Shown here: piece after piece, positions 38,651 to 49,762 of the stretch
Position numbering within the stretch: the stretch's first letter is position 1
Layout of the letters: each line of letters opens with the position of its first letter
Assembly (NCBI GenBank): GCA_002840305.1
Contig: PHAI01000002.1
Span: forward strand, 266,707 to 330,706
Direction: 5' to 3'
Origin: Candidatus Falkowbacteria bacterium HGW-Falkowbacteria-1
Lineage (GTDB): Bacteria > Patescibacteriota > Patescibacteriia > Patescibacteriales > UBA12465
Length of the DNA stretch: 64,000 nt
Notes under the pieces: generated by a model
What the model was told of the DNA's origin: nothing
Database searches by the model: none
What the model saw: the letters and a program-made list of their open reading frames with translations, nothing else
Translations under genes and position numbers: made by a program

Positions 38651-39364
38651 ATGATGAAAAAAAACAAAAAATATGGCTCCTTAACTATTGTGACAACAAT
38701 AATTTTAGTTTTAGGATTCTTAATTCTTTATTATCTTAGGCCAAACAACCAAAAAAAAGAAATCCCATTATCGCCCGAACAAACCGTCAATCTCTTTTAC
38801 GATCAGTGGATAGAAAATAAAACTGAAACAATAAATTCTGCTTCATACAAAGACAATAAGTATCTAAACGCGTTGGCAGAAGAAGAAATAAAAAGAACAA
38901 TTGAATCAACTGCCAATTCTGACAAAAAATTAGACCCAGTCCTTTGTGGACAAAATAAACCAGAAAATTTCTCTCTAGAATTAATAAACAAAAACAAAAG
39001 CAAATCTCAAATTATAGTAAGGACTGACCATTCTGGAGTCATAAAAGAAATACTAGTTGAATTAGTAAACGAAAACAATGTATGGCAAATAAACAAAATA
39101 GACTGCTCGATAGGAGAAAAAAACGATTTATCTTCTGAAGATCAACAGGCCATATCTGAATATTTTGCAAAAAATATTTCCGAACTCTCACCAGAAAAAG
39201 AAGTATTAGGAGGTAAATTTTATATAACATCACTCGACTTTATAGATGAAAATAATTTAATAATTGAATACGAAGACGGCCACATAGCATTAAGTGCCGA
39301 GGTTAATTTTCAGTATCTTGATTCAGAAAATATAGAGATAAATGAATTTAATATAATGAATTAA
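38651..39364 (+). CDS. Membrane-anchored protein with a DUF3828/NTF2-like domain
   Basis: N-terminal TM; PEQTVNLFY...DPVLCGQN...WQINKIDC. Confidence 0.6.
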   Translation: MMKKNKKYGSLTIVTTIILVLGFLILYYLRPNNQKKEIPLSPEQTVNLFYDQWIENKTETINSASYKDNKYLNALAEEEIKRTIESTANSDKKLDPVLCGQNKPENFSLELINKNKSKSQIIVRTDHSGVIKEILVELVNENNVWQINKIDCSIGEKNDLSSEDQQAISEYFAKNISELSPEKEVLGGKFYITSLDFIDENNLIIEYEDGHIALSAEVNFQYLDSENIEINEFNIMN

Positions 39365-39440
39365 GAATTACAAAAAAACGGACTCAAAACAAAAAAGACT
39401 AATTCCATGATTAGTCTTTTTAAAAACTCATACAAAAATA

Positions 39441-40310
39441 TTAAGCAGCTAAAGCGAAATCCCTATTGTAGATCTCGACGAAACGATCTAAAATTATTTG
39501 ACTTTTTTCATATAGAGGATGCTCTTTTTCCATTTTTTGAAGAAATGGAATTATAACATCTTTGATTACTGGAGAATATTTTTTTAATAACTTAGATTTT
39601 TTTGGTCCATCATTTAAAAGATGGTTTTTAGAAGTATTATTTAATAGATCAGCGCATTTTATTACACCGACACCATAATCACTAAGCTCTAATAAACTCT
39701 GGAAATAATCTTTATACATTTTGTTTTTAATAAGCTGTCTTTTTTCTAAAGAAATTTCCTCTTCACAAGAGTCTATCAGGGAGTCAAAGTCTGGTTTCGA
39801 CAAACGACGAACTCTTTCAGCGACTGGAGAACCAAAGTTATCTCTTATTTCTAAAAAGGCTATTTCTCTAATTTCCTCAGAGAACTTATTGACAAAACTT
39901 TGCAAACTAAGAATATTATGGGTATTAACAAAAAAATTGTTCTTCTCAACATAGAAAGCAAATAATCTTTCTGACTGGTCCTCCAAAGAATCATGGAGTA
40001 ATGCTGTTATAATTAAATCCCTATCATAAATTTTAAAATTTTCAACAATACTGCTGGCAACCTCCACTGGATGATTAATGTAAGCTTTTCCATCAGGCTG
40101 AACTTGGTCTTCGTGAATTTCCTGAGCCAAAGAAAATGCTTTACTTATAAGATTGAAGTCATCTAAAGAAAAGTTATCCTCAATTAAACTTAAAAATTTT
40201 TTTGACATCTCAAGTTCTTTAAGTTCCATTGGTCTTTTTATGTCAACGCTCTCTGGGTCTAATTCTTCTACATCGGAACTAAAAAAATTTGATTCTTTTA
40301 TCTCACTCAT
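39441..40310 (-). CDS. Stand-alone HD-domain protein, SpoT/Mesh1-like (p)ppGpp hydrolase family
   Basis: AQEIHEDQ...GKAYINHPVEVA, ALLHDSLED, IKCADLLNN. Confidence 0.8.
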   Translation of the reverse strand: MSEIKESNFFSSDVEELDPESVDIKRPMELKELEMSKKFLSLIEDNFSLDDFNLISKAFSLAQEIHEDQVQPDGKAYINHPVEVASSIVENFKIYDRDLIITALLHDSLEDQSERLFAFYVEKNNFFVNTHNILSLQSFVNKFSEEIREIAFLEIRDNFGSPVAERVRRLSKPDFDSLIDSCEEEISLEKRQLIKNKMYKDYFQSLLELSDYGVGVIKCADLLNNTSKNHLLNDGPKKSKLLKKYSPVIKDVIIPFLQKMEKEHPLYEKSQIILDRFVEIYNRDFALAA

Positions 40311-40321
40311 AAATTTATAAA

Positions 40322-41716
40322 TTAAAAATCAGCATTTTTTGGAGTACGAGGAAACGGAATCACATCTCTAATGTTGGCCATACCAGACAAATACATAATA
40401 GCCCTTTCAAAACCCAAGCCAAAACCAGCATGTTTAATTGAACCATATTTCCGAAGATCCATATACCACCAATAATCCTCCTCTGACAAACCCATCTCTT
40501 TTATTCTATTTTTTAAAACATCATATCTCTCTTCCCTTTGACTACCGCCTATAATTTCCCCTATCCCGGGAACCAACAAATCCATAGCAGCAACTGTTTT
40601 CCCGTCATCATTTTGACGCATATAAAAAGCTTTAATATCTCTTGGGTAGTCACTTATAAAAACTGGTTTCCCGTAAATTTTTTCACTTATATATCTCTCG
40701 TGTTCAGTTTGTAGGTCCATTCCCCATTCAACCGGAAAATTAAATTTTTCACCGCTCTTCTTAAGTAAATCTATAGCTTCAGTATAGGTTATTCTAGCAA
40801 AATCTGAACTTAAAATATTATTTAAACGGTCCAATAACGACGTATCTATAAATTTATTAAAAAACTCCATTTCCTCGGGAAGCTCTCTCAAAATATAAGT
40901 AATTAGATATTTCATCATTTTTTCCGCCAAATCCATATCATCTTTAAGCTCGGCAAAAGCCATCTCAGGCTCAACCATCCAAAATTCACAAGCATGACGA
41001 GTAGTATTTGAATTTTCGGCTCTAAAAGTAGGTCCAAAAGTATACACTCTATTTAAACCAGCAATCATAGCTTCAGCTTCTAACTGACCGCTTACAGTTA
41101 ATCCTGTTTTTTTGGAAAAAAAATCTTGTTTATAATCAATTTCACCTTTCTCATTTTTAGGAATGTTTTTATCCAAATCAAAAGTTGTAACAGCAAACAT
41201 TTCCCCGGCTCCCTCGCAATCACTGCCAGAAATTATTGGAGTATGCGCATAAAAAAAACCTTCTTCTTGAAAAAACTTATGAATAGCGTAGCTCAAAACG
41301 GATCTTAAACGAAAAACGGCCGAAAAAGTATTGCTACGCCCGCGCAAGTGAGCTATTTCTCGCAAAAATTCAAAACTATGTTTCTTTTTTTGTAAGGGAT
41401 AGTCAACTGACGCTAAATTTAAAATTTTAATACTTTCAGCTTTAAGCTCAAAAGATTGGCCGGCAGCAGGAGATTCGACTAAAGTACCTTCAACCTCCAA
41501 GGAAGAGCCAATAGTTATTTTCTCAACTTCTTCAAAATTTGACAATTTATTATCAAAAACGATTTGCAAACCCTTAAAAAAAGTACCATCGTTTATTTCA
41601 ATAAAACCAAAATCCTTGGACGTTCTAAGTGTCCTAACCCAGGCCCCTAATTTTATCTGCTTGTTTAAATAATCACCAGGCTGGCGATATAAACTTTTAA
41701 TTGAAATGTATCTCAT
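40322..41716 (-). CDS. asnS: Asparagine--tRNA ligase
   Basis: [42 protein letters not shown]. Confidence 0.97.
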   Translation of the reverse strand: MRYISIKSLYRQPGDYLNKQIKLGAWVRTLRTSKDFGFIEINDGTFFKGLQIVFDNKLSNFEEVEKITIGSSLEVEGTLVESPAAGQSFELKAESIKILNLASVDYPLQKKKHSFEFLREIAHLRGRSNTFSAVFRLRSVLSYAIHKFFQEEGFFYAHTPIISGSDCEGAGEMFAVTTFDLDKNIPKNEKGEIDYKQDFFSKKTGLTVSGQLEAEAMIAGLNRVYTFGPTFRAENSNTTRHACEFWMVEPEMAFAELKDDMDLAEKMMKYLITYILRELPEEMEFFNKFIDTSLLDRLNNILSSDFARITYTEAIDLLKKSGEKFNFPVEWGMDLQTEHERYISEKIYGKPVFISDYPRDIKAFYMRQNDDGKTVAAMDLLVPGIGEIIGGSQREERYDVLKNRIKEMGLSEEDYWWYMDLRKYGSIKHAGFGLGFERAIMYLSGMANIRDVIPFPRTPKNADF

Positions 41717-41809
41717 ATAAAAAATAAAAAATAATCTATTATAACAATATATAATACTTGATAAATTTTAGCAATAAACAAGCTTTCTTGACCCACAACG
41801 CCCGCGTAT

Positions 41810-42376
41810 CTAGAGTACGCTTCTTTTTAAATGAAAAATGTATAAAGCGCTACTGAAGCAAAGTGTCGCAATTATAATAAACAAAGCCTGAAAACCAAAA
41901 AAAGTGACTAAACCACCGCCAACTATAGCTCCCAAAGCTGTTGTAAAATAATTAGTTGATTCCCATGCTCCCCATTGTGTCCCAGATTTATGACCATCAA
42001 TATGTTTAGAAAACACAGCGTCAAACGCTGGCGAATAAATCGCCTCACCAAGACCAATGATTGCCTGAACTATAAACAAAAAAACAATAGAATTAACCCA
42101 AAAATACAACAAGAAACCAGTGCCCATTATTAAATACCCTCCTACAATAATCAGTTCATTTTCTTTTATTTTGTCGCTATACTTTCCAGATATCAACGTT
42201 GTCAGACCGGCTACGAAGGCAAAAATACCTCCAGCGATACTAGCATCCATCAAATCCCCCCCTACCTTTTCTACAAATAAAGCATAAATAGGTCCTAACA
42301 TAGCTCCGGCCATAAGTATCATGGCATTAGTTAAAAGCAATATGCGTAGGGCTTTATTAAAAAATATTCCTTTCAT
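41810..42376 (-). CDS. Half-size MFS-type membrane protein
   Basis: 188 aa, about 6 TM, motif-A-like GKYSDKI. Confidence 0.75.
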   Translation of the reverse strand: MKGIFFNKALRILLLTNAMILMAGAMLGPIYALFVEKVGGDLMDASIAGGIFAFVAGLTTLISGKYSDKIKENELIIVGGYLIMGTGFLLYFWVNSIVFLFIVQAIIGLGEAIYSPAFDAVFSKHIDGHKSGTQWGAWESTNYFTTALGAIVGGGLVTFFGFQALFIIIATLCFSSALYIFHLKRSVL

Positions 42377-42471
42377 ATTTTATTTTAAATATAATTATAA
42401 TCAATTTATCAAAAAATCATTACTCTACATTCTAATATTTTTATACGCATTATGCAAGAATAGACATTATT

Positions 42472-43770
42472 CTAAGTATTTTCATTGTAAAAATCCTTGA
42501 AACCGTTCAAATAAGACAGCGACAAAATAAAAAATAAAACCAGCAAACCAAAGGGCAGGCTCCATAACCAATGATCAAAAATCATAAATATAAAAATTCC
42601 CAAGAATAAAGAAAAATTAATAAAATAATAAGGCCCTTTGGCAGATTTCATAAAGGAATGCCCTAAAAACCAAACAAAAAAAATAAAACCCCAAATACCT
42701 ATTTCTGACAAAACAAGTAAAAAGACATTATGAACCGGCTGAGCTTGATAAGATTTTAAATCTGGATTTAAACTCAAAAGTTTTTGATGATAGGCGCCGT
42801 ATCCAACCCCCAACCATAAATTGCTTTTTATAATATCGCTTGAACTATAAATTTGTTCGACTCTTTCACTGTTTGAAATAATCTCCAACCTAGAATTAAG
42901 ATTAAAACGATTTAAAATAAAAGGTTTAAAAATTGTAAAAAATAAAATCAGAAAAAATAACGAAAAAGAGAATATTGGTAAGTATTTTTTTAAATTTTCT
43001 TTCTTGTTTTCAAATAGTAACAATATAAAGATTAAAAACATTGATAAAACAAAGGCCATCCAAGCGCTCCGAGAAAAAGAGGTTAAAAGTGACAAAAGCA
43101 AGATAAAATAAACTGAATATAAAATAATTTTCTGCCAAAATTTAAATTTGAACTTAAAAACAAGTAACAAACAAAAAATCAAAGCAAAAAAAACCAAGGC
43201 CGCAAAAATATTAGGATGATCCTGCCCTCCATAAGAACGAACCAAGCGACCAAAATCGCCCTCCAAAACTGAAACACCTAAAACAGAAGGATCGTGAACT
43301 GATATTCCTAGATATTTATTAGAAAAAGTTTTTTGAATAAAAAATTGGCCCAAACCAATAATTGATTGCAAAAAAATACTGAAAATAAAAATAACTATTA
43401 GCTTTTTAAAATTAAACTTAAAATTTAGAACTATAAAAAACAATGCAATTGCTAACAAAAATAAAAAGTATCTAAAAAGAGACAAGTCGAAGAAAGAGGA
43501 AACAAAAATAGAAACAAAAATAAATAGATCTAAGCCTATTAAAACCAAATAATGCTTAGGTATATCAAAATCTGACGAAATTTTTCTATATTTAAAAAAA
43601 TAAAGAAAAAAAACAACCACTAAAATTGCTAAAATTAAATAATTTAGAAAAATAGCAATTTCGTTATAATTTGTTTCTGCCGAAAATAAAATATATTTAG
43701 TCTGAAACGGCAAAACGAAAACAAAAATATAAAACAAATATTCAATTATTTTTTCGATTTTATTTTTCAT
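42472..43770 (-). CDS. O-antigen ligase-like membrane protein
   Basis: RSYGGQDHPNIFA, SFSRSAW, GVGYG, PVHNVFLLVLSEIG. Confidence 0.88.
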   Translation of the reverse strand: MKNKIEKIIEYLFYIFVFVLPFQTKYILFSAETNYNEIAIFLNYLILAILVVVFFLYFFKYRKISSDFDIPKHYLVLIGLDLFIFVSIFVSSFFDLSLFRYFLFLLAIALFFIVLNFKFNFKKLIVIFIFSIFLQSIIGLGQFFIQKTFSNKYLGISVHDPSVLGVSVLEGDFGRLVRSYGGQDHPNIFAALVFFALIFCLLLVFKFKFKFWQKIILYSVYFILLLSLLTSFSRSAWMAFVLSMFLIFILLLFENKKENLKKYLPIFSFSLFFLILFFTIFKPFILNRFNLNSRLEIISNSERVEQIYSSSDIIKSNLWLGVGYGAYHQKLLSLNPDLKSYQAQPVHNVFLLVLSEIGIWGFIFFVWFLGHSFMKSAKGPYYFINFSLFLGIFIFMIFDHWLWSLPFGLLVLFFILSLSYLNGFKDFYNENT

Positions 43771-44732
43771 AAAAACTTTTCTAAGGATTTTTTGAATCTA
43801 TCTATAAACTCAGGTCTTTTATCTTCTAAAAATAATTTTATAATATTGTTCTCAAACACAACTCCACTCGACCGCCCTCTTTTTTCCTTTAAACTTTTAG
43901 GCATTATTTTTAATTGTATTTTTTTAGATATTTTTTCTACCCAATTACTTCCATCCCCCTTGTCATTCCCGCACCCCCCCTTGTCATCTCGACCGAGCCC
44001 GCCGTAGAAGGGCGAGCGGAGAGATCCGTTTCTTTTGTCATTCCCGCCATAGGAATAGGAATCCCATATTTTCAAGTTTGGCAAGTAATTTTCAACCCAC
44101 TTATTTTCCATTTTAAATCTATCAAATATTTTATTTTTATTTACCAAAACCTCCAAGCCAACAATCCAGTAAACAAAATAAAAATCGTCTTGGTTGTATA
44201 AATATTTTTCCAAATTCAAACTATCTTCACTAATATAAAAACTAAGACAAATTTTATCCTTTTTTGTTTTTTTATTAGGTCTAATATTCAAAAACTTAGC
44301 AAAAAATACGCAAAAAAAACGAGTCAAAAAAATCTTATTTTTAGAACTAATGATAAATAAATCAATATCTCCATTATCTTTTAAATTGTGACTACTAATT
44401 ATATTGGAAACGGCCACGCCTTTAACAAAGGGCAAAAAAGATATTAACTGAGAAAATCTCTTGGCTATTTTTACTTTTCTCTTAAAATAATTGTACTTTT
44501 TAAATCGCTCTCCGACAATTTCTTCCCTGCCAGATAAAAAATAAAAACCATTTTTAATTTTTACCTTATCGTTCATTGATTCTAAAATGTCTGATAATTC
44601 AGCCAAGTCTATTTTAACGCTTAAATACTTATATATTTCGAATAGAGTTAATGGTTGATTAAATAAATCAAAAAACACCATGGTTTTAATAATGGCCGAT
44701 TTCAATTCTTCTGATTTTATCTGATTATTCAT
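43767..44732 (-). CDS. Nucleotidyltransferase-fold protein with an in-frame palindromic insert
   Basis: GDIDLFII (DxD) motif; start at MNNQIK; GC-rich insert at about 43950-44065. Confidence 0.65.
   Translation of the reverse strand: MNNQIKSEELKSAIIKTMVFFDLFNQPLTLFEIYKYLSVKIDLAELSDILESMNDKVKIKNGFYFLSGREEIVGERFKKYNYFKRKVKIAKRFSQLISFLPFVKGVAVSNIISSHNLKDNGDIDLFIISSKNKIFLTRFFCVFFAKFLNIRPNKKTKKDKICLSFYISEDSLNLEKYLYNQDDFYFVYWIVGLEVLVNKNKIFDRFKMENKWVENYLPNLKIWDSYSYGGNDKRNGSLRSPFYGGLGRDDKGGCGNDKGDGSNWVEKISKKIQLKIMPKSLKEKRGRSSGVVFENNIIKLFLEDKRPEFIDRFKKSLEKFL
43960..44065. repeat. REP-like GTCATT/GTCATC palindromic element cluster
   Basis: TTGTCATTCCCGC at 43960 and 44035; TTGTCATCTCGACCGAG...GGAGAGATC hairpin at 43981-44026. 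Confidence 0.7.
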
Positions 44733-44739
44733 GTTTGCT

Positions 44740-45831
44740 TTACTCAACGCCCGGTCTATCAATTTCCAACACCTCCACCTCACTCTTACCATCACCTATG
44801 CGAGCAATATCTTTGTCTATTTTTTTAAACTCTTTGTAGGCGCTGTTATAATGGTTAACCGATGTCGACATGCTACCTCCAAGTTTTTTCATAAAATCTT
44901 CATAGGAAAGCAAATGTCTACCCAAACTTTCTACATTTTTTCTAATATTTTTTGCACCTTCTTCTATTTGCATCGCCCTAAGGCCTTGCAAAATTGTCTG
45001 GAGATAAGCCGCAAAAGTTGTTGGTGAAACTATTATTACTTTTCTCTCATTATAAGCATAATCAATTAAGCTTCTAGTGTTAACTTTGACCGCACCAACT
45101 TCATTTATAAGCAAATCGTAATAAATGGCTTCGGCCGGTATGAACATCAAGGCAAAATTCATGGTCCCCTCTTTCACTTTTATATACTTTGAGGTTTCAT
45201 CTATTCTTTTTTTTAAATCATTTCTAAATTCTTTTTCCAGGACCAATTTTCTATCGGAGTTATCCTCATTTACTATTCGATTATAATTATCCAAAGAAAA
45301 TTTAGCATCAACAGGAATTAGTCCATCTTTGGTTATAATAACGGCATCAACTATACCACCATCTTCAAACGGATATTGAAGTTTATAGGCCGTTGGTGGC
45401 AAAATATTTTCCAAAACCAATTTCAGCCCTGCTTCACCCAAATTGCCCCTCTTTTTTTGATTAGTCAAAACTTTTTCTAAATTATTTAATTGCTCAGAAA
45501 AACCAATTACCTGCTTATTAGTTTCGTCTAGTTTGGTCAATTTTTCTGTGATCTGAGAGATTAATTTAGCCGATTGCCCTGTTATGCCCTGCACCATCTG
45601 AGCCGATTTGCTCATACTTTCCTGACTGACACGATTAGTTTCACTTAATTTTCTGTCTAATTCTTGGCGAAGAGAATCATTTTGTCTGCTAAGTTCACTT
45701 ATTTTTTCAAATAAAACCAAAAGTTTGTCATCAGAATCTTTGTTGGCACTATTTTTAAAAAATAAATAAATTAGCCCAGCCATTAAAAGAACTAGCAGAA
45801 TTAATAAAAAAATTATTGAAAAATTTAACAT
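44740..45831 (-). CDS. rmuC: DNA recombination protein RmuC
   Basis: RGNLGE, PVDAKF, FALMFIPAEAIY, IVSPTT. Confidence 0.93.
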   Translation of the reverse strand: MLNFSIIFLLILLVLLMAGLIYLFFKNSANKDSDDKLLVLFEKISELSRQNDSLRQELDRKLSETNRVSQESMSKSAQMVQGITGQSAKLISQITEKLTKLDETNKQVIGFSEQLNNLEKVLTNQKKRGNLGEAGLKLVLENILPPTAYKLQYPFEDGGIVDAVIITKDGLIPVDAKFSLDNYNRIVNEDNSDRKLVLEKEFRNDLKKRIDETSKYIKVKEGTMNFALMFIPAEAIYYDLLINEVGAVKVNTRSLIDYAYNERKVIIVSPTTFAAYLQTILQGLRAMQIEEGAKNIRKNVESLGRHLLSYEDFMKKLGGSMSTSVNHYNSAYKEFKKIDKDIARIGDGKSEVEVLEIDRPGVE

Positions 45832-45938
45832 ATTAATTATTATTTATTATTATCTCCCTTTATCTTAACAAAAAATGACAAATAAAACAAAATAGGCCTC
45901 TCGACCTATTTTGAAAACTATTTAACGTTTAAATAAAT

Positions 45939-48494
45939 TTAAATAAAAGTAACACTAGAGACCATATCGTCGCTATTCTTAAATCGCATTATTCTGACAC
46001 CTTGAGTATCTCTTCCTAGCTCATTAACTGATTTAAACGGCAACCTGATAACTTGACCCTTGTCAGAGATAATAATTAAATCCTTGCCCTCCATAGAATC
46101 TTTGTTTAGGACAAAAGCATTACTAATTTTTCCAGTTTTGTCAGTAACCTTGGCAGTCCTGATACCACTACCTCCACGACCTTGGGTTTTGTATAAACTC
46201 AAATCAGTTCTTTTGCCGAAACCCTTATCCATAATAGTAGTTATCTGATAGCTCCTCTTTACTTCTTTGTCGGTCTTAATAATACCCATTCCAACCACTA
46301 TGTCATTTCCTTTTAATTTTATTCCTCTCACACCAGAGGCATTTCTGCCCATGTCGCGAACTTCTGTTTCTTTGAATCTTATGGCTTGACCGTTGGTTGT
46401 TATCAAACTGATATGATCAGATCCAGACGTTGGTTTACACCAAATAAGGCGATCATTGTTTTTTATTTTTATAGCTATCAAGCCGCTACGACGAACATTA
46501 GAGAAAGCATCGGTTTTCACTTTTTTAACCAACCCCTTCTCAGTAGCAAAAAACAAATAACTATAATTTGCAATTTTATCTAAGGGTAAAATAGATGTCA
46601 CTTTTTCACCGTTTATTAATTGTAAAAAATTAACAATCGGAGTTCCCTTGGCAGTTCTTGAAGATTGTGGTATTTCATGAGCCTTTAACTGAAAAGTTCT
46701 ACCTTTAGTAGTAAAGAATAAAATATCATTATGAGTTTGGGTAATGAACATAAACTCGACAGAATCTTCTTCTTTTGTTGTGAGCCCGATAACACCCTTT
46801 CCTCCTCTGGCCTGAACCTTGAATGTATCTGGCTCCAACCTCTTGATGTAACCGTCTCTAGTCATCATTACCATAGTATCTTCATTTGGAATAAGATCTT
46901 CAATGTTAAAATTCTTTACACCATGAGAAACGACCTGCGTTCTTCTATCGTCACCGAATTTTTCTGCTAATTCATTTATTTCATCTTTTATAATTAATCT
47001 CATTTTAGCTTTAGAGCTTAATATGGCCTCTAATTCCTTTATCAATTTCAACTTCTCCTTTAATTCATCTTCTATTTTAATTTTCTCCAAATTAGCCAAA
47101 CTCTGCAACTTCATCTCCAATATAGCAACGGACTGCTTCTCTGAGAGTTCAAATTTCTTTATCAAATTATTTCTAGCGTCTTCTCTATCGGACGAAGCTT
47201 TAATGGTCTTAATAACTGCATCAATATTATTTAAAGCTATCATTAACCCCTCTAAAATATGAGCTCTGTCTTTGGCCTTATTTAATTCAAACTCTGCTCT
47301 CCTGCGCACAACTGATTCTCGATGCTTTATATATTCTTCCAAAACCATTTTTAGAGTCAATACTTTTGGTTGAATGCCTCCAACTAAGGCCAAAATATTG
47401 ACATGAAAAGTGGTTTGCAAAGAAGTGTTTTTATACAAACTATTTAAAATCTTCTTAGGATAAGAGTCCTTCTTTAAATCAATTGCGACACGAACGCCGT
47501 CTTTATCTGATTCATCTCTAAGACCTTTAACTCCTTCCAATTTTTTATCTTTAACCAAATCAGCAATTTTTTCTACCAACGTCGCCTTATTTACTTGATA
47601 AGGCAACTCACTGATAATTATTTGAAAATTACCATTTTTATCTTCTTTAATATCAGCTCTACCCCTGATAACTATACCGCCCTTACCAGTAGCATAGGCG
47701 TTTAAAATATCTCTTTTGTCATAAATTATGCCTCCCGTAGGAAAATCTGGACCTTTAACAAACTCCATCAAGTCTTCAACTGTCGCTTCTGGATTATCTA
47801 TCAAATGATTTATGGCCGAAATTAATTCTCTTAAATTGTGTGGAGGAATATTAGTGGACATTCCAACGGCGATTCCCATACCACCATTCAACAAAAGATT
47901 TGGTAGTTTGGCCGGCAAAAACTGTGGCTCTTTTTGTGAACCATCATAATTAGGAGAAAAATCAACCGTATCTTTATCAATATCAAATAACATCTCTTCG
48001 GAAATAGCTGATAATTTTGCCTCGGTATAACGCATGGCAGCGGCACTGTCTCCATCCATTGAACCAAAGTTTCCCTGTCCTCTAACTAGTGGATATCTCA
48101 TAGAAAAATCTTGAGCCATCCTAACCATTGAATCATAAACAGCAGAATCTCCATGAGGATGATATTTACCCAAAACTTCTCCGACTACAGTGGCCGATTT
48201 TCTAAATTTGGCCGAGGCCCTAAGACCGATATCCCACATAGCATACAATATACGCCTGTGAACCGGTTTTAAGCCATCTCTAACATCCGGCAAAGCACGC
48301 GAGACTATCACGCTCATAGCATAGTCCAAATAAGAACTACTCATTTCAGAAGTTATAGATTGATCCAATACTAAACCATATTCAGTTTGACGACGTTCAC
48401 CAACAAGCCCCGTTACTTGGTTCTCCTGGTTTTCATCCTCTCCCCCTACCGTGGCCTTAGCATCACTAGATTCATTTTTATTTTTTTTATCCAT
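45939..48494 (-). CDS. gyrA: DNA gyrase subunit A
   Basis: [20 protein letters not shown], GyrA-box QARGGKG. Confidence 0.98.
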   Translation of the reverse strand: MDKKNKNESSDAKATVGGEDENQENQVTGLVGERRQTEYGLVLDQSITSEMSSSYLDYAMSVIVSRALPDVRDGLKPVHRRILYAMWDIGLRASAKFRKSATVVGEVLGKYHPHGDSAVYDSMVRMAQDFSMRYPLVRGQGNFGSMDGDSAAAMRYTEAKLSAISEEMLFDIDKDTVDFSPNYDGSQKEPQFLPAKLPNLLLNGGMGIAVGMSTNIPPHNLRELISAINHLIDNPEATVEDLMEFVKGPDFPTGGIIYDKRDILNAYATGKGGIVIRGRADIKEDKNGNFQIIISELPYQVNKATLVEKIADLVKDKKLEGVKGLRDESDKDGVRVAIDLKKDSYPKKILNSLYKNTSLQTTFHVNILALVGGIQPKVLTLKMVLEEYIKHRESVVRRRAEFELNKAKDRAHILEGLMIALNNIDAVIKTIKASSDREDARNNLIKKFELSEKQSVAILEMKLQSLANLEKIKIEDELKEKLKLIKELEAILSSKAKMRLIIKDEINELAEKFGDDRRTQVVSHGVKNFNIEDLIPNEDTMVMMTRDGYIKRLEPDTFKVQARGGKGVIGLTTKEEDSVEFMFITQTHNDILFFTTKGRTFQLKAHEIPQSSRTAKGTPIVNFLQLINGEKVTSILPLDKIANYSYLFFATEKGLVKKVKTDAFSNVRRSGLIAIKIKNNDRLIWCKPTSGSDHISLITTNGQAIRFKETEVRDMGRNASGVRGIKLKGNDIVVGMGIIKTDKEVKRSYQITTIMDKGFGKRTDLSLYKTQGRGGSGIRTAKVTDKTGKISNAFVLNKDSMEGKDLIIISDKGQVIRLPFKSVNELGRDTQGVRIMRFKNSDDMVSSVTFI

Positions 48495-48546
48495 AAAGCT
48501 ATTTAAAATAATCTTATAAATTTTTTACTGATTCGGAAGTTTAATT

Positions 48547-49002
48547 TTATTCCAATTTTCCTTCCAGCTCTTCAATCCTTTTTTTTAAATTGTTTATATT
48601 TTCTTCACTCTCTCCCAATGCATCTTTTTGAATGCTTTCATCTAATTCTTTTTTATCGTTTATACTTTTTTCTTCTTCTATTTTTTCGCTAACTGCCTTC
48701 TCCATTATTAGACCCAACACAGAAGAAGTAGCACTAATATTATTCTCATCTATTTTGCTATCCATAAGAACAGAAAATTCTTCCAAAGTTTTATCCAAGT
48801 CATCTTTGGCAGTATCTTTGATAGTAAAAAGATCAAGACTACTTCCCTCGGCAGCTTTGCTATTAGCAAAGAAAATGTCATTAAAATCAGAAATCCAAAT
48901 AAAAAAAACAGCCAAAGTTGCAACGACAACAAAAATCATTAACCAAAATCTCTTGTCTTTTTTCTTTATAACATTTTTAAATTTTTCAAAATTCTCTAAC
49001 AT
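48547..49002 (-). CDS. Hypothetical single-TM protein
   Basis: 151 aa, TM helix plus coiled coil. Confidence 0.6.
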   Translation of the reverse strand: MLENFEKFKNVIKKKDKRFWLMIFVVVATLAVFFIWISDFNDIFFANSKAAEGSSLDLFTIKDTAKDDLDKTLEEFSVLMDSKIDENNISATSSVLGLIMEKAVSEKIEEEKSINDKKELDESIQKDALGESEENINNLKKRIEELEGKLE

Positions 49003-49041
49003 ATAAAAAACAAAAATAAACTTTTTAAGTACTCCAAAAAA

Positions 49042-49653
49042 TTATTCTTTATAACCATCTAAATTAACATCATATAGAATTTGTTCGGCTATTAAACGAT
49101 AAGCGATGGTTTCGCTTTTGTCGAACCAAATAGAGATTTCTCTTTCTGCCTCTTCTGGTAAATCAGAACAATGAACTAAATTTCTGACTGCTCTTTGATC
49201 TAAGTTGGACAATTCATAAGAATCAAGCGTAAAGTCGCCCCTAATTGTTCCAACATCAGAAGTTGTCGGTTCTGTTCCACCGACGATTTTTTTAACAATA
49301 GCTATTGCTTGGTTGCCTTCAAAAATCATTGGAACTATCGGACCACAAGTCATGAATTTAACTAAAGCTCCAATAATATCTCTTCCGTATTCAACAGCCT
49401 CTTTTTCTATTGGTAAACCAGCTTTTTGACGATTATCAACAACCATTTGTCCCTTTTTTAAAAACCACTCCTCGTCCTTATTGTAATGCTTCCAGCACTG
49501 ATCTTCAGTGGCCATAATCATTTTTAAGGCTACCATTTTTAAACCTGTTCTCTCAATTCTCTTTATAGTCTCCCCTATTAAAGACCTTTGGATAGCATCT
49601 GGTTTTAGAATAACAAACGTTCTTTGTTTTTTAGGATTTTCGTTCATAAACAA
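49042..49653 (-). CDS. ndk: Nucleoside-diphosphate kinase
   Basis: RTFVILKPDAIQR, GTIRGDF, NLVHCSD. Confidence 0.93.
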   Translation of the reverse strand: MFMNENPKKQRTFVILKPDAIQRSLIGETIKRIERTGLKMVALKMIMATEDQCWKHYNKDEEWFLKKGQMVVDNRQKAGLPIEKEAVEYGRDIIGALVKFMTCGPIVPMIFEGNQAIAIVKKIVGGTEPTTSDVGTIRGDFTLDSYELSNLDQRAVRNLVHCSDLPEEAEREISIWFDKSETIAYRLIAEQILYDVNLDGYKE

Positions 49654-49762
49654 AATTTAAAGCAAATTTAAATACTGAAAATCTTTTATTTTTAATTTTT
49701 AAAAAAAATAAAACAAAATTCTTAAAAAATCAAAAACAAAAGAACAAATATTTAAACCCGAC

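Noticed and set aside
48130..48170. Quinolone-resistance substitutions in gyrA
   Set aside because: The QRDR reads HGDSAVYD, with wild-type Ser and Asp.
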